Virus record (IMG/VR): IMGVR_UViG_3300022198_000005
DNA: 20,000 nucleotides
Origin: an uncultured virus (IMG/VR IMGVR_UViG_3300022198_000005)
Lineage: Duplodnaviria > Heunggongvirae > Uroviricota > Caudoviricetes
Strand: one strand, 5' to 3'
A program made the translations under genes and the position numbers. Below, piece by piece: positions 1 through 9,386 of this stretch (position 1 is its first letter; every line of letters begins with the position of its first letter). The notes under the pieces are model-generated. The model saw only the letters and a list, made by a program, of their open reading frames with translations. It did not search any database and was not told the origin of the DNA.

Positions 1-1676
1 TGAGTCACAAAGTGAGTCATACCTCGAATCACGATCCTACTACCGGCTCTGACCTGTTCGGTGAATCGAGTATTGGTTCCAGTAACCGTAGCGCTGTTTT
101 GAGTAACTGCGAGAGTACCGGTAATGTTCTGAGAAGCTGCTCTCTTTACACAGTACAAATATTGACCGTCAAACTCAAAGAACACTCCGTTTTGGTCGTC
201 AAACAATCCAGCACGCACACAACTACCAACCCAAGACTTTACATATACTTTTGAAGTTGCTTCAAGGACAGCAGTAGTATCTCCGAGGGTACCAGCAGCT
301 GTTAAAGTAAACGTATAATCGTCTACAATAGTTTGTACGGTATATTGACCTTCATATCCACTAGTAATTATTCCATCAAGTTCAACAACTGCACCTGGTT
401 GTAAACCGTGATCGATATCATCAGTCTTTACAGTAATTGTAGAACTCGCTGCAGTACCACTCGCTGTGACTGATTGTAAGTCATAGTTAGGAGCAAAGAG
501 AGTACCCGACGACCATAAGAAACCTTTACCTGATTGATAACGGAAATAACGTTTCGTCTGTCGTACAACGGTTGCGGCATACGTCGGCGTCTTTGTTGAT
601 AAGATAACACCGCCGTCAAACGGTCTATGCACGATCGTGGCGTTTGATAACGCATAGAGCGTAGGAGCACCAGGACTACTGATTGCACCTCCTGCTCTGG
701 CAGTATAAGTCATAGAAGTCAACGAAGGTGTTGACTTGATAAAGAATGGACCAGATCCAAGAGCTGCGTTCGTTCCTGAACCAAGAGCTACGTGAATGTT
801 TGTTCCTGGGATCAACCCGTGAGGAGCTGAAAAGTTCAATGTAATAATAGACGGGTCTGCACCATTACTTGTGACTGATGATACTGGGATTGATGCACCA
901 TCAAACAACTTACCTAGTTTAACTAAAGTTTCTTCTGTATAAAGAGAATCTCCAGGAGTTGCACCAACAAGACCTCGAGCAAAGTACTTCAGACTAGTAC
1001 TACTTGGCACTTGATAGATGATAAAGCTACCATCAGCACGAGAGAAGCCTCCGATACCTGAGTTCAATCCTGTCACGTTTACTACGTCATTAACAGATAA
1101 TCCATGTGCCGTCGTAAAGGTAACTGTGATAACGCTATTCGTACTACTCGTCGTAGTATAGTCAGTCACGATCGTAGAAACAGTAAGGTCAACACCGGGC
1201 AACTCATATGTGGAAGGATACCCTTTCACAATACCATAGCCTGCCCACTTTGTAGGCTGAAGACCATATTCAAAGTCAGCATCGATCATTGACTGCGGAT
1301 TCGATACACGAATACGTTCGATCGCATCAGTACCAAAGTTCCATGGACGAATCGTTTGACCATAATCTTCTGTGTCTTCACAGAAGATCTGCAGTTGGTC
1401 ACTTGAGCTCATCGTCGATGTATCATACGCGAGAGTAAAAGTCGTATAACCGTCGTGTGCTGTATTGATAGCAGGAAAATCAGTAGAGTTTCCTGCAGTA
1501 AAAGTCGCAGTAGTACCTGCAAACGTAGCGTCTGCAAAGTTATAGATGATAACGTTATCAGTTACGTTGGTAATCAGCAACAGCTTATCAAGTTTATACC
1601 GCTGAGGGACCTTTACCGTACCAGATCCAGCTCCACCAGGAGTAAACACATAGTCACGAATTAGTTTTTTAGCCAT
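1..1676 (-). CDS. Virion structural protein of T4-like phages, 3'-truncated by the window edge (558 codons visible); absent from the ORF track
   Basis: Manual translation from ATG at 1676 (AGGA just upstream; 7 nt after the tail fibre stop): MAKKLIRDYVFTPGGAGSGTVKVPQRYKLDKLLLITNVTDNVIIYNFAD...RIRVSNPQSMIDADFEYGLQPTKW...HRPFDGGV...RQTKRYFRYQSGKG...RAGLFDDQNGVFFEFDG...MTHFVT. Frame is consistent to base 1. Motifs are recalled from large structural proteins of marine T4-like phages; it has several 'HGL..G..V' beta modules. Confidence 0.88.
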   Translation of the reverse strand, partial: MAKKLIRDYVFTPGGAGSGTVKVPQRYKLDKLLLITNVTDNVIIYNFADATFAGTTATFTAGNSTDFPAINTAHDGYTTFTLAYDTSTMSSSDQLQIFCEDTEDYGQTIRPWNFGTDAIERIRVSNPQSMIDADFEYGLQPTKWAGYGIVKGYPSTYELPGVDLTVSTIVTDYTTTSSTNSVITVTFTTAHGLSVNDVVNVTGLNSGIGGFSRADGSFIIYQVPSSTSLKYFARGLVGATPGDSLYTEETLVKLGKLFDGASIPVSSVTSNGADPSIITLNFSAPHGLIPGTNIHVALGSGTNAALGSGPFFIKSTPSLTSMTYTARAGGAISSPGAPTLYALSNATIVHRPFDGGVILSTKTPTYAATVVRQTKRYFRYQSGKGFLWSSGTLFAPNYDLQSVTASGTAASSTITVKTDDIDHGLQPGAVVELDGIITSGYEGQYTVQTIVDDYTFTLTAAGTLGDTTAVLEATSKVYVKSWVGSCVRAGLFDDQNGVFFEFDGQYLYCVKRAASQNITGTLAVTQNSATVTGTNTRFTEQVRAGSRIVIRGMTHFVT

Positions 1677-1683
1677 TATCCTT

Positions 1684-4600
1684 TTATCCTAAAGCAATTG
1701 AGAAGGCAATTGATTGACTCCGAGTCGCAAAAGCTGCTGCGTCAGCCGAATCACCTTTTGGACCTTGTGGTCCACGTTGTCCAATAGAAGTAAATACTTG
1801 CCAAGTACTATTTATGTAGATGAATTCAATGATATTTTGGCCGATATCGATAAAGAAGTCATCAGCATAACCTTCGATAGTATTACCGTTCCTACCAACT
1901 GTCAGGCCAGTAGTTGACCAGTTACCTACATCGATCAACTTGACATAGTGTCCGGTCGTTGGGGTGGCAGGTAAGTTAATCGTAAATGTTCCACCAGTCG
2001 TATCTACTGCGATCCGCTCAGCGTTACTTGCGGTATAAGGTCCGCTTGACACAGTAGTGTAAGTCGATGAGAATACAGCAAAGTCTGAATCAAAACCAAG
2101 GTATCTACCACGAAGGTTACCAAAGTTCCAAGTGGGTAGGTTCCAACCAGTGCCACCAACGTTGATGGTCTGATCAGGAGATGAGCTATCAACACCGTCT
2201 TGGACTAAACCATCAAATACGTACCATTCACCGTTAGTCGCATCGCGAATGAAACCAGTACGGCGGATAGTTGAACCACCGTCATCAGAGTAGCGACCGA
2301 TGATACCAATGTCGACTGTATCTGCACTGTTACTATCAGCAACTTTGATGTATGCGTTTCCAACACTCAAGTTCGAAGTAGCGTTGACCGTCTGTGTACC
2401 AAGAACCGTCAAGTTACCATTGATGATCACGTTACCAGAAGTAGCCAATGCAGAGAACTGCACTGAGTCTGTCGTTCCAACCGCTTGACCAATCGCGATT
2501 ACACCAGTGCCACTATTATAAGTTACACCAGTACCGCCTGATAGCTTAGCTCTGACTTCAGTTGCGCTTGGACCGGTGTATGTCAATACGCCAGTTGAGG
2601 CGTTGTACGACATTGAACCATCACCGCCAGCATCATTGACAGAGAAGAGTGCACGAATCTGGCTGGTAGTCCTTTGAGTAAAGGATATTACTCCAGTACT
2701 GGAGTTATAGCTTAATGAGCCAGAGACAGAGATCGCTGATCTTGCACGAGCGTTGGTAAAGTACTGGTTAGTGCCTTCAGCAAGCGCTGTAGTCGTTTGG
2801 TTAGACAAGCTGCTAACAGTACCAGTAACATTACCAGTGAAACCGCCTGTTGCTTGGATATTACCTGTGGCATAGATGTCAGCACCACGTAAGTTGCCGC
2901 TAACGCCGATACCACCAGTAACGACCAAAGCACCAGTCGTCTTGTTCGACGAGTTAGTACTAGAAGGGATATAGAAGTTGCCGCTTGCGTCCATGCGCAA
3001 GAGGTCTGTACCACCTTCTAAGTTAAATGGTGCTCTACCTACATTATTACGGATCTTAAATTGGCTATTCGTACCTTGGAAACCGAGATACGTCGTATTC
3101 GAATCAAGTCTTCCTTTGACTGCAAGTACGTTGTGGAACTGGTTATCGATACCTAACGCAAGACCAGCAGAGTGTGTAGAGTCATCAGAAGTATATGTTA
3201 AGATGTCCTGTTGACTATCACCCACAAAGATGTCTTTGTTGATAGCCAAACTACCATGTGACTCTTCATAGATGCGAACGTTACCGATTTGCAAGTAGTC
3301 TTCAACATCGATGCGAGTAAATCCGCCTAATATCGTGTTGAAAGAGTTACCATCAGCAGTGTTGATGGTCATGGTATTCGTTGCAGAATCCCATGCAGTG
3401 GATGCAACACCAGCAACCGTTACGGTACCAATACTATCAATGAAGCCGGATGCATCAACCGTAAACTTAGGGATCTGAGTAGCAGAACCCCAGGTACCAG
3501 CATAGCTAGTCGCTCCAGTACGAGAGATCGTCGTGAAGTTTGCGGTTGAACCAGATATGTCAGTGATGACCGCAGAATCAGCAGTGATATTTGTGGCGCT
3601 GATCGAATCAGCTGTTACTAAACCAGTAACTGCAGCACCAGTCGTGGTCGTCTGTACTCTTGTAACACCATCGCGATACAGTCTAACTCCATTTGCTTGA
3701 CCTGCGGTCATGTATGGAGTATTACCACGGTTTGCTACATTGATGGAGTCTGCTTGTACGTTGATCGCACCAGCAGCGTTGTTCAGCATCAATAAGTTGG
3801 TGCCATCATGAGAGATGTCAAGGTCTGCACTATCTATCGTACCAAACGTTAACTTGAGACCGTCATTGATGCGAATGTCGCCAGACGTATGAGTCGTAGC
3901 GGCATCAACACGCATGAACTGAGTAGAGTTCAAGCCGTCTAATGTATCAGCATCAACGTTCAAGGCATCGATAAATGCCTTTGTTACTCGAGCATCGATG
4001 TTTGAGTCAACTCGAGCCTTTGTATAGTACTTGTTTCCGCCTTCAGTTAGATTAGATGTAGTGAAGGGATCAAGTGTGATGGTCTCAACGAATGAGTTAC
4101 CATCAGCAGTATTGATCGTAAAGTTACCGTTCGTACTATCAAAGTTGATAGAAGAAACACCAGCGACGGTAACAGTGCCAACACTATCGATACGACCTTG
4201 AGCGTTGACTGTAAAGACAGGAATCTCTGTGGCACTACCGTACGTGCCTGAATCAACTGTCGTATTCGCTAAGCTGAGAGTATTTGTCGAAGAATCATAG
4301 TTTAAACCAAGACCGTTGAGAGTTGCCTCATCAATGGCCATGTTAAAGTCTGAGTCAAAGTTAGCCTTCGTATAGACTTGCTCAACATCGAATGAGAACT
4401 GACCAGTACTACTATTATAAGATAAGTCACCAGCAGCAGAGAACATCTGACGAATGCCACCGATGCTTGAGTCTCTACCTAAAGCTAAGTAATACTGTTG
4501 TAAGCTATAGAAACGAGTAGCCGAGTCTCTCAAGTCAGAGTCAAATCGGGCTCTCGTATAGTATAGGTTATTACCTTCAGTGAGGTTAGTCGTCGTCTTC

Positions 4601-7119
4601 TGAGCAAAGTCAGAATCAAAACCTAAGTACTGGCCTTCAAGCGTACTTGCTTGGAACGGTGCAAGCTCAAACGTAGAGTCGTTAGTATCGATCTGAGGAG
4701 CATCAGGCTCAGGCAAGTAATTTTGGAATACCTTCCAAGTACCTGCATCTGAAGCATCTCTAAAGAAACCAGCGTGGGCATATGTGCCACCTTCGTTATG
4801 ATTACCAGCAAAGCCGAGATCGATCGTTGCGGTTGGGCTTCCAGCTGATTCACTAGCGTTCAAGTAGAACAGGTTATCACTAATGTTCAGGTTGGTAGAG
4901 TTAACAGTAACTGTAGTGCCGTTGACTTGCAAGTTACCGCCAACTATCACGTTACCAGTCGTAGCGAGAGCACTAAAGTTGACCGAGTCGCCAGTTCCTA
5001 CAGGTTGACCGATAGAGATGACGCCAGTCGTAGAGTCATAACCAACACCAGTGCCAGCAACTAAGTGGGCTCTGACTTCAGTAGGTGAAGGACCTGTATA
5101 AGTGAATACACCGCTTCCAGAGTCATACGTAAAGCTACCATCACCACCAGCATCGACCGCGGTTAGATGTGCACGAACCTCTGTCGCAGAAGGACCAGTG
5201 TAAGTAAACACACCAGTCGACTCACTGTACGTAAAGCTGCCGTCACCCCCATTATCAACGGCTGAGAAGTGTGCTCTGACTTCGGCAGCAGATGGTCCAG
5301 TGTATGTGAATGTACCAGTTGACTCATTGTAAGAGAAGAATCCGTCTCCGCCGTTATCAACAGCATTGAGGTGTGCTCTTACTTCTGCAGAAGATGGACC
5401 ATTATAAGAGATCTCTCCAGTGATAGGGTTGTATGAGAGAGAACCGTCACCGCCAACGTCAGTTACTCTGATCGAGAAGCGAGCTCTGCTCTCATGGTCT
5501 GCAGAGTCATGCAAACGAGTAAGGAACGTATTACCGTCTGCAGTATTGATCGTTAAGACGCCAGTCGCAGAGTCATAAGCAGTAGAAGAAACTCCAGCAA
5601 CGAGTACTTCGCCGATAGAGTCGATCTGACCTTGAGCATTGACGCTGAAGATCGGGATCTGAGTCGTAGAACCATAAGATCCCGCAACGACTCCAGTGTT
5701 AGTGATGCTTAATGTGTTGGTTGAGCTGTCATATGAGAGGCCAGTGCCATTCAACGCGGCTTCATCGATCGCCATGTTGAAGTCACTATCAAAGTTAGCC
5801 TTTGTATAGACTTGTTCAACATCAAAACTAAACTCGCCAGTACTTGCATTATAGCTTAAGTCACCAGCTGCAGAGAAGTAATTACGAATCGTCTGAGTAG
5901 AAGTCGCGTCGCCTAAAGCAGAGTCAAACCTTGCTCTCGTATAATATAGGTTGTCGCCTTCAGTGATATTGTTCGTCGTAAAGTACGCAGCAAGCTCAGC
6001 ACTATCGATCGACAATGTATTCGTTGCGGCATCATAGGCAAGACCAACTCCGTCAGTTCCAGCAGCATCGAGTGCTACGTTAAAGTCAGAGTCAAAGCCT
6101 AAGTAACGACCTTCAAAGTCAGGAGCCTGAACTCCCTTGTTGAACACCCAGTCGTCAGCAGCCGCATTGTATGTCAGGTCTGCATTGGCACCAGCGATCG
6201 TGATGCCTGCACCGTCAGCAGCTGCAGCGTTAGGAGCACTATCAGCAAGGACGATGTTCTTATCATTGACCGACAATGTGGTCGAGTTGATCGTCGTGGT
6301 CGTACCATTGACGGTAAGATCACCTCCAACGGTCACATTGCTTGTAGTGACGACAGTATTGAAAGTTACGTCGCTTGTGGTCTCAACCGGCTGGCCGATC
6401 GAGAGAGTATTCGTAGCAGAATCATAATGCAAACCTGTACCATTCAACGTGGCTTCGTCAATAGCCATGTTGAAGTCAGAGTCAAAGTTTGCTTTCGTGT
6501 AGACTTGTTCTACGTCAAATGAGAATACGCCAGTCGTTGAGTTGTAGCTGAGGTCTCCGCCAGCGCTAAACTTTGAACGAACGACTTGAGTAGAATGCGC
6601 ATCAAGAAGAGCAGAGTCGAATCGTGCTCTTGTGTAGTATAGGTTTGTGCTGTCCTCAGCAAGGTCAGCAGTCGTGTTCTGATCGAGGTTAAGCTTAGCG
6701 ATGTTATTATCGCTATCTCGTACGACAAGTATGCCACCAGAATCTTGTATCCTAAGGCCACCAAGGTAGATCGTGCCACCACTCAGGTGCAAGTCTTTCC
6801 ATTTTAGAGCTGCAGTACCAAGGTTATGAGTGCTATCTTCGTCTGGTACTAGATCACTATGGACACGGTTAACTACTAAGTTACCATCTACGGTGACATC
6901 ACCTGTAGAATGGATCTCAGCAAACTGTACGCTATCAGCAATACCTAAGAATTGGCCTCTACGGGCAGTCCAATCTCCAGTGGCTGAATCGTAGACGAGT
7001 ATGTCTTTATTAACCGCACCGTCGACGTTAACGTGCTGAAGCGTGTTAAGGTCGTTAGGGTTGGTTATGTATTTGTTTGTAGGTACTCCTACAATAATAC
7101 GTTTTACGATTGTCGGCAT
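1684..7119 (-). CDS. Long repeat-rich tail fibre / fibre-like virion protein (1811 aa)
   Basis: G/S/T/D/N-rich with several interspersed repeat families ([12 protein letters not shown], [10 protein letters not shown], GPSAxEVRAH, GNLxVNGTT, GxYGSATxIPxFTV). It also has a DADTLDG motif, a [16 protein letters not shown] motif, a C-terminal [16 protein letters not shown] domain, a short [10 protein letters not shown] collagen-like stretch and an AFSIALG terminus. GAGAGG SD upstream. Confidence 0.88.
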   Translation of the reverse strand: MPTIVKRIIVGVPTNKYITNPNDLNTLQHVNVDGAVNKDILVYDSATGDWTARRGQFLGIADSVQFAEIHSTGDVTVDGNLVVNRVHSDLVPDEDSTHNLGTAALKWKDLHLSGGTIYLGGLRIQDSGGILVVRDSDNNIAKLNLDQNTTADLAEDSTNLYYTRARFDSALLDAHSTQVVRSKFSAGGDLSYNSTTGVFSFDVEQVYTKANFDSDFNMAIDEATLNGTGLHYDSATNTLSIGQPVETTSDVTFNTVVTTSNVTVGGDLTVNGTTTTINSTTLSVNDKNIVLADSAPNAAAADGAGITIAGANADLTYNAAADDWVFNKGVQAPDFEGRYLGFDSDFNVALDAAGTDGVGLAYDAATNTLSIDSAELAAYFTTNNITEGDNLYYTRARFDSALGDATSTQTIRNYFSAAGDLSYNASTGEFSFDVEQVYTKANFDSDFNMAIDEAALNGTGLSYDSSTNTLSITNTGVVAGSYGSTTQIPIFSVNAQGQIDSIGEVLVAGVSSTAYDSATGVLTINTADGNTFLTRLHDSADHESRARFSIRVTDVGGDGSLSYNPITGEISYNGPSSAEVRAHLNAVDNGGDGFFSYNESTGTFTYTGPSAAEVRAHFSAVDNGGDGSFTYSESTGVFTYTGPSATEVRAHLTAVDAGGDGSFTYDSGSGVFTYTGPSPTEVRAHLVAGTGVGYDSTTGVISIGQPVGTGDSVNFSALATTGNVIVGGNLQVNGTTVTVNSTNLNISDNLFYLNASESAGSPTATIDLGFAGNHNEGGTYAHAGFFRDASDAGTWKVFQNYLPEPDAPQIDTNDSTFELAPFQASTLEGQYLGFDSDFAQKTTTNLTEGNNLYYTRARFDSDLRDSATRFYSLQQYYLALGRDSSIGGIRQMFSAAGDLSYNSSTGQFSFDVEQVYTKANFDSDFNMAIDEATLNGLGLNYDSSTNTLSLANTTVDSGTYGSATEIPVFTVNAQGRIDSVGTVTVAGVSSINFDSTNGNFTINTADGNSFVETITLDPFTTSNLTEGGNKYYTKARVDSNIDARVTKAFIDALNVDADTLDGLNSTQFMRVDAATTHTSGDIRINDGLKLTFGTIDSADLDISHDGTNLLMLNNAAGAINVQADSINVANRGNTPYMTAGQANGVRLYRDGVTRVQTTTTGAAVTGLVTADSISATNITADSAVITDISGSTANFTTISRTGATSYAGTWGSATQIPKFTVDASGFIDSIGTVTVAGVASTAWDSATNTMTINTADGNSFNTILGGFTRIDVEDYLQIGNVRIYEESHGSLAINKDIFVGDSQQDILTYTSDDSTHSAGLALGIDNQFHNVLAVKGRLDSNTTYLGFQGTNSQFKIRNNVGRAPFNLEGGTDLLRMDASGNFYIPSSTNSSNKTTGALVVTGGIGVSGNLRGADIYATGNIQATGGFTGNVTGTVSSLSNQTTTALAEGTNQYFTNARARSAISVSGSLSYNSSTGVISFTQRTTSQIRALFSVNDAGGDGSMSYNASTGVLTYTGPSATEVRAKLSGGTGVTYNSGTGVIAIGQAVGTTDSVQFSALATSGNVIINGNLTVLGTQTVNATSNLSVGNAYIKVADSNSADTVDIGIIGRYSDDGGSTIRRTGFIRDATNGEWYVFDGLVQDGVDSSSPDQTINVGGTGWNLPTWNFGNLRGRYLGFDSDFAVFSSTYTTVSSGPYTASNAERIAVDTTGGTFTINLPATPTTGHYVKLIDVGNWSTTGLTVGRNGNTIEGYADDFFIDIGQNIIEFIYINSTWQVFTSIGQRGPQGPKGDSADAAAFATRSQSIAFSIALG
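1809..1816 (-). promoter_or_regulatory. Possible late promoter variant (CATAAATA) ~130 nt upstream of the 1676 start
   Basis: Plus strand tatttatg = minus CATAAATA, which has the ATAAATA core. It is intragenic, so it could be chance. Confidence 0.4.
4324..6525 (-). repeat. Three dispersed copies of an ~80-aa module with an invariant 25-aa core [25 protein letters not shown] (6451-6525, 5758-5832, 4324-4398)
   Basis: Direct comparison of the translation and DNA of the three copies. Confidence 0.92.
5062..5469 (-). repeat. Four tandem 102-bp (34-aa) coding repeats, consensus [31 protein letters not shown]; fifth dispersed copy at ~2542-2646
   Basis: GPS codons recur at 102-nt spacing (~5394, 5292, 5190, 5088), and the units are visible in the translation. 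Confidence 0.92.
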
Positions 7120-7126
7120 GTTCCTC

Positions 7127-7480
7127 TCACCTTGTCACTGAAGGAGTTACGTGAATATGACCCTCGAGGATCCTTTCTATCACTCTATCTCCATCACTAT
7201 CTAAAAAGGAGAGTTCTACATCATAAACATATCTTCCGGCTTTTAACGTATCTGTCTGTAGGTTGGTAAGGGAGATGCTACATTTTCCAGCGGTCGCGGG
7301 GTCATAGATGCCTTGTGTAAAGACAATGGTGTCAGCGCTATCGCTATTATAGGTTCTTTTTAACTTAGCAGCTAGAGAGTGGTTGGTGAGGTCTTTGACA
7401 GAGCCATCTTGGTTCACAAGATGTAGCTCGATCGAGACGTCAGCTCCCTGATCAATTGTAATTTCTTCGTATTTCGCCAT
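7127..7480 (-). CDS. Conserved small virion protein, BppU N-terminal-like Ig-fold (fibre/baseplate adaptor-like)
   Basis: IDQGADxSIEL...[22 protein letters not shown]...RILEGxIxVTPSVTR pattern, typical of small proteins preceding fibre genes in T4-like marine phages. AAGGGAAG SD. Confidence 0.75.
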   Translation of the reverse strand: MAKYEEITIDQGADVSIELHLVNQDGSVKDLTNHSLAAKLKRTYNSDSADTIVFTQGIYDPATAGKCSISLTNLQTDTLKAGRYVYDVELSFLDSDGDRVIERILEGHIHVTPSVTR

Positions 7481-7509
7481 CTTCCCTTACCTTAGACGAT
7501 ATCTCTGTT

Positions 7510-7517
7510 TATTTATA
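7510..7517 (-). promoter_or_regulatory. T4-type late promoter TATAAATA upstream of the BppU-like/tail fibre genes
   Basis: Plus strand tatttata at 7510-7517 is the exact gp55 consensus, ~30 nt upstream of ATG 7480. It overlaps the stop codon of the upstream radical SAM gene. Confidence 0.85.
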
Positions 7518-8271
7518 CTTTGGGCAGATTAAAGTTATAGTCAACGGATTCTTTTATGCCCTTGGTAACAAATAGACCTCGGTCTTTTTCTATTTGTTGT
7601 ACATCCTTGAACATGACGACTGGTTTAAACTTATCAGAAGCAGGCTTGATCGATGACGAGGACCTATCTGTCTTGACAATCTTTAGGTTTAACTTATGCA
7701 TCTCTGCAAGCATCTTGGCTTCTTCGATCTGATGCTCATTATGACCAAACACAATGAACTGCCATGTGATCCGTTTTCCCATCTCAGAGCCTAAGACGAT
7801 GGCCTGATATATTAACTCTGCATTCTGTCCAACTCGATATATTGGGCTAGTATCAGGTAAACCATCAAGACCAAAGATCCATATCACGTTTGGAGGAGTG
7901 AGCTCAAACGCTTTACGATACCATGAGATGTTCTTTTGATGAGAGGCAGTATGGATCCTAAACGTTGTATCTGGAAACTCAGCACAGAGTCTAAGCACAT
8001 CATAGAACTTTTTATGATATACTGGATCACTAAATTGTCCGCATAAGGATATATTATTTTCAAAGAACTCAAATATCTTTCGAAGGTTATCGATGCTGAT
8101 GTCGCCAGACTCTCTCATCTTTTGCTTCATGCCAATGTGTCTTTTATCATCCTTCGGAAGCTTAAGGAAAGCCCTTACACATTGAGCACAATAAAGCCCA
8201 CACTTATTTGTAATCTCTATATTAGCATTCGACGAATACTTTTGAGCTATAACATACTTACTATGACTCAT
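7513..8271 (-). CDS. Radical SAM protein, core domain only (252 aa; start revised from 8325 to 8271)
   Basis: NIEITNKCGLYCAQC (CxxxCxxC), LCGQFSDP, FGLDG, YRVG, WQFIVFGHNEHQ. ATG 8271 has GGAG upstream and overlaps the end of the preceding gene. Confidence 0.88.
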   Translation of the reverse strand: MSHSKYVIAQKYSSNANIEITNKCGLYCAQCVRAFLKLPKDDKRHIGMKQKMRESGDISIDNLRKIFEFFENNISLCGQFSDPVYHKKFYDVLRLCAEFPDTTFRIHTASHQKNISWYRKAFELTPPNVIWIFGLDGLPDTSPIYRVGQNAELIYQAIVLGSEMGKRITWQFIVFGHNEHQIEEAKMLAEMHKLNLKIVKTDRSSSSIKPASDKFKPVVMFKDVQQIEKDRGLFVTKGIKESVDYNFNLPKV

Positions 8272-8560
8272 CTCTGACTCCGCAGTATAGATGACATCTT
8301 GACAAACACTTATCTGGCTCTTCATCTAACTTTCGAAAGTATTCTACCCACACATCTGATGTAAGGATTTCTTCAACTGTATCATTATTTTCAAGTTTTA
8401 ATCCTTCATCATAAAACCCATGTGCTTCGAGCTCGGGTTTAATATGAACGACATCTAACCAACAGCAAGGAAGCAAATAGCCATTTGAAGCATAAGCGAT
8501 ACCTCTGATCTCTTTGTCATAACCATCATTCTGCTTTTTGCATCGTGGTTTAATCTTCAT
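8261..8560 (-). CDS. Stand-alone SPASM/twitch-like Fe-S domain protein (99 aa)
   Basis: IKPRC...YASNGYLLPCCW...VEEILTSDVW...CLSRCHLYCG. Matches the C-terminal domain of the 12901-14112 protein (EITC...GLVYPCCW...LVDIINGEMW...RCGYMC). Confidence 0.8.
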   Translation of the reverse strand: MKIKPRCKKQNDGYDKEIRGIAYASNGYLLPCCWLDVVHIKPELEAHGFYDEGLKLENNDTVEEILTSDVWVEYFRKLDEEPDKCLSRCHLYCGVRDES

Positions 8561-9386
8561 ATGTCACTCCAAGTATCTTCCTGGCACCAAAAATCTGCTC
8601 CCGGATTACGTCTGGCGGATACTGGAGCCTGCCAACCACAGCATAACCTAACGCATTACGAGGGTCATCTTTCTCAAAACCTAGCTCTGAGAGCCTTTCA
8701 GCGTTATGATCCCACCATCTATCAAACTTTTCTTTATAACTGATCGGTCCATTGTTAAATGAGACGATGAAGTCAGAAGAATACTTACGTTGAGGACGAA
8801 TGTTTTCTTCTCCAACGTAGAGGTCATCATCTTTAAATACATCCCACAATGTTTTTCCCTTATGACAATAGTTTAATCTAATGTCACCGGGTTTCCAATC
8901 AAGTGTCCAATGTTGATAGTCTGAAGGATCTAAGTCGATCAACTCAGAGTTCATGTTCACGACGATCCTTCCAGGATTGCCAAAGTCTTCATAACGATGG
9001 ATCAATACGTTATACTGATCTATCGTGTGTTTAACTTTACGAGGCGCGTTCTTATAGAACTCGTTAGGGTCTTCTTGCGCACCTCTCATATCTTCGAAGT
9101 ATTTATGCAGTATGTTCAACAGCTCTTGGTCAAGACCTTTATCTTCATCGATCTCATGGTCAATAAAGTGTTCCCATGCGTTGATGATATGGATGCACTG
9201 ATTTAACTCATATACGACTCGCTCTTTGGTCCAATAGTAGTTTAAGTTGTATATGCGATCATTAAAGTATACGGTGCCATCCTTATCGATCGTCTCTTTC
9301 AAGAGCATAGCCCACTTATGACCAAGCGAATGGTCACACGACTCTATGCTAAACTCAGAGTTATCGAGGATGACGTTGAACTTCAT
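8550..9386 (-). CDS. Hypothetical protein (278 aa), possible metal-binding helical protein
   Basis: Long ORF coupled to both neighbours (ATGA overlap at 9383-9386). Motifs LNILHKYFE, YNVLIHRYE, LNYCHKGKT. No family confidently recognised. Confidence 0.75.
   Translation of the reverse strand: MKFNVILDNSEFSIESCDHSLGHKWAMLLKETIDKDGTVYFNDRIYNLNYYWTKERVVYELNQCIHIINAWEHFIDHEIDEDKGLDQELLNILHKYFEDMRGAQEDPNEFYKNAPRKVKHTIDQYNVLIHRYEDFGNPGRIVVNMNSELIDLDPSDYQHWTLDWKPGDIRLNYCHKGKTLWDVFKDDDLYVGEENIRPQRKYSSDFIVSFNNGPISYKEKFDRWWDHNAERLSELGFEKDDPRNALGYAVVGRLQYPPDVIREQIFGARKILGVTYED

Noticed and set aside
4324..6525. Diversity-generating retroelement TR/VR pair or CRISPR-like array from the fibre repeats
   Set aside because: Differences are synonymous and not adenine-specific, the repeats are in-frame coding, and no reverse transcriptase or cas gene is present.
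12..7269. Short ORFs in the track overlapping the structural genes (e.g. 12-254, 428-688, 1104-1292, 2712-3014, 6137-6427, 7033-7269)
   Set aside because: They are antisense or alternate-frame shadows of long genes, with no SD or recognisable motifs.
8261..8325. Frameshift or readthrough fusing the SPASM gene with the downstream radical SAM core; also selenocysteine or an alternative genetic code
   Set aside because: The core gene has its own GGAG + ATG at 8271, and no slippery site is evident. Genes across the window end normally with TAA, TGA or TAG at coupled junctions.
9100..9107. CATAAATA on the minus strand inside the 278-aa gene
   Set aside because: Mid-gene and about 540 nt from the next start; plausible by chance in AT-rich sequence.
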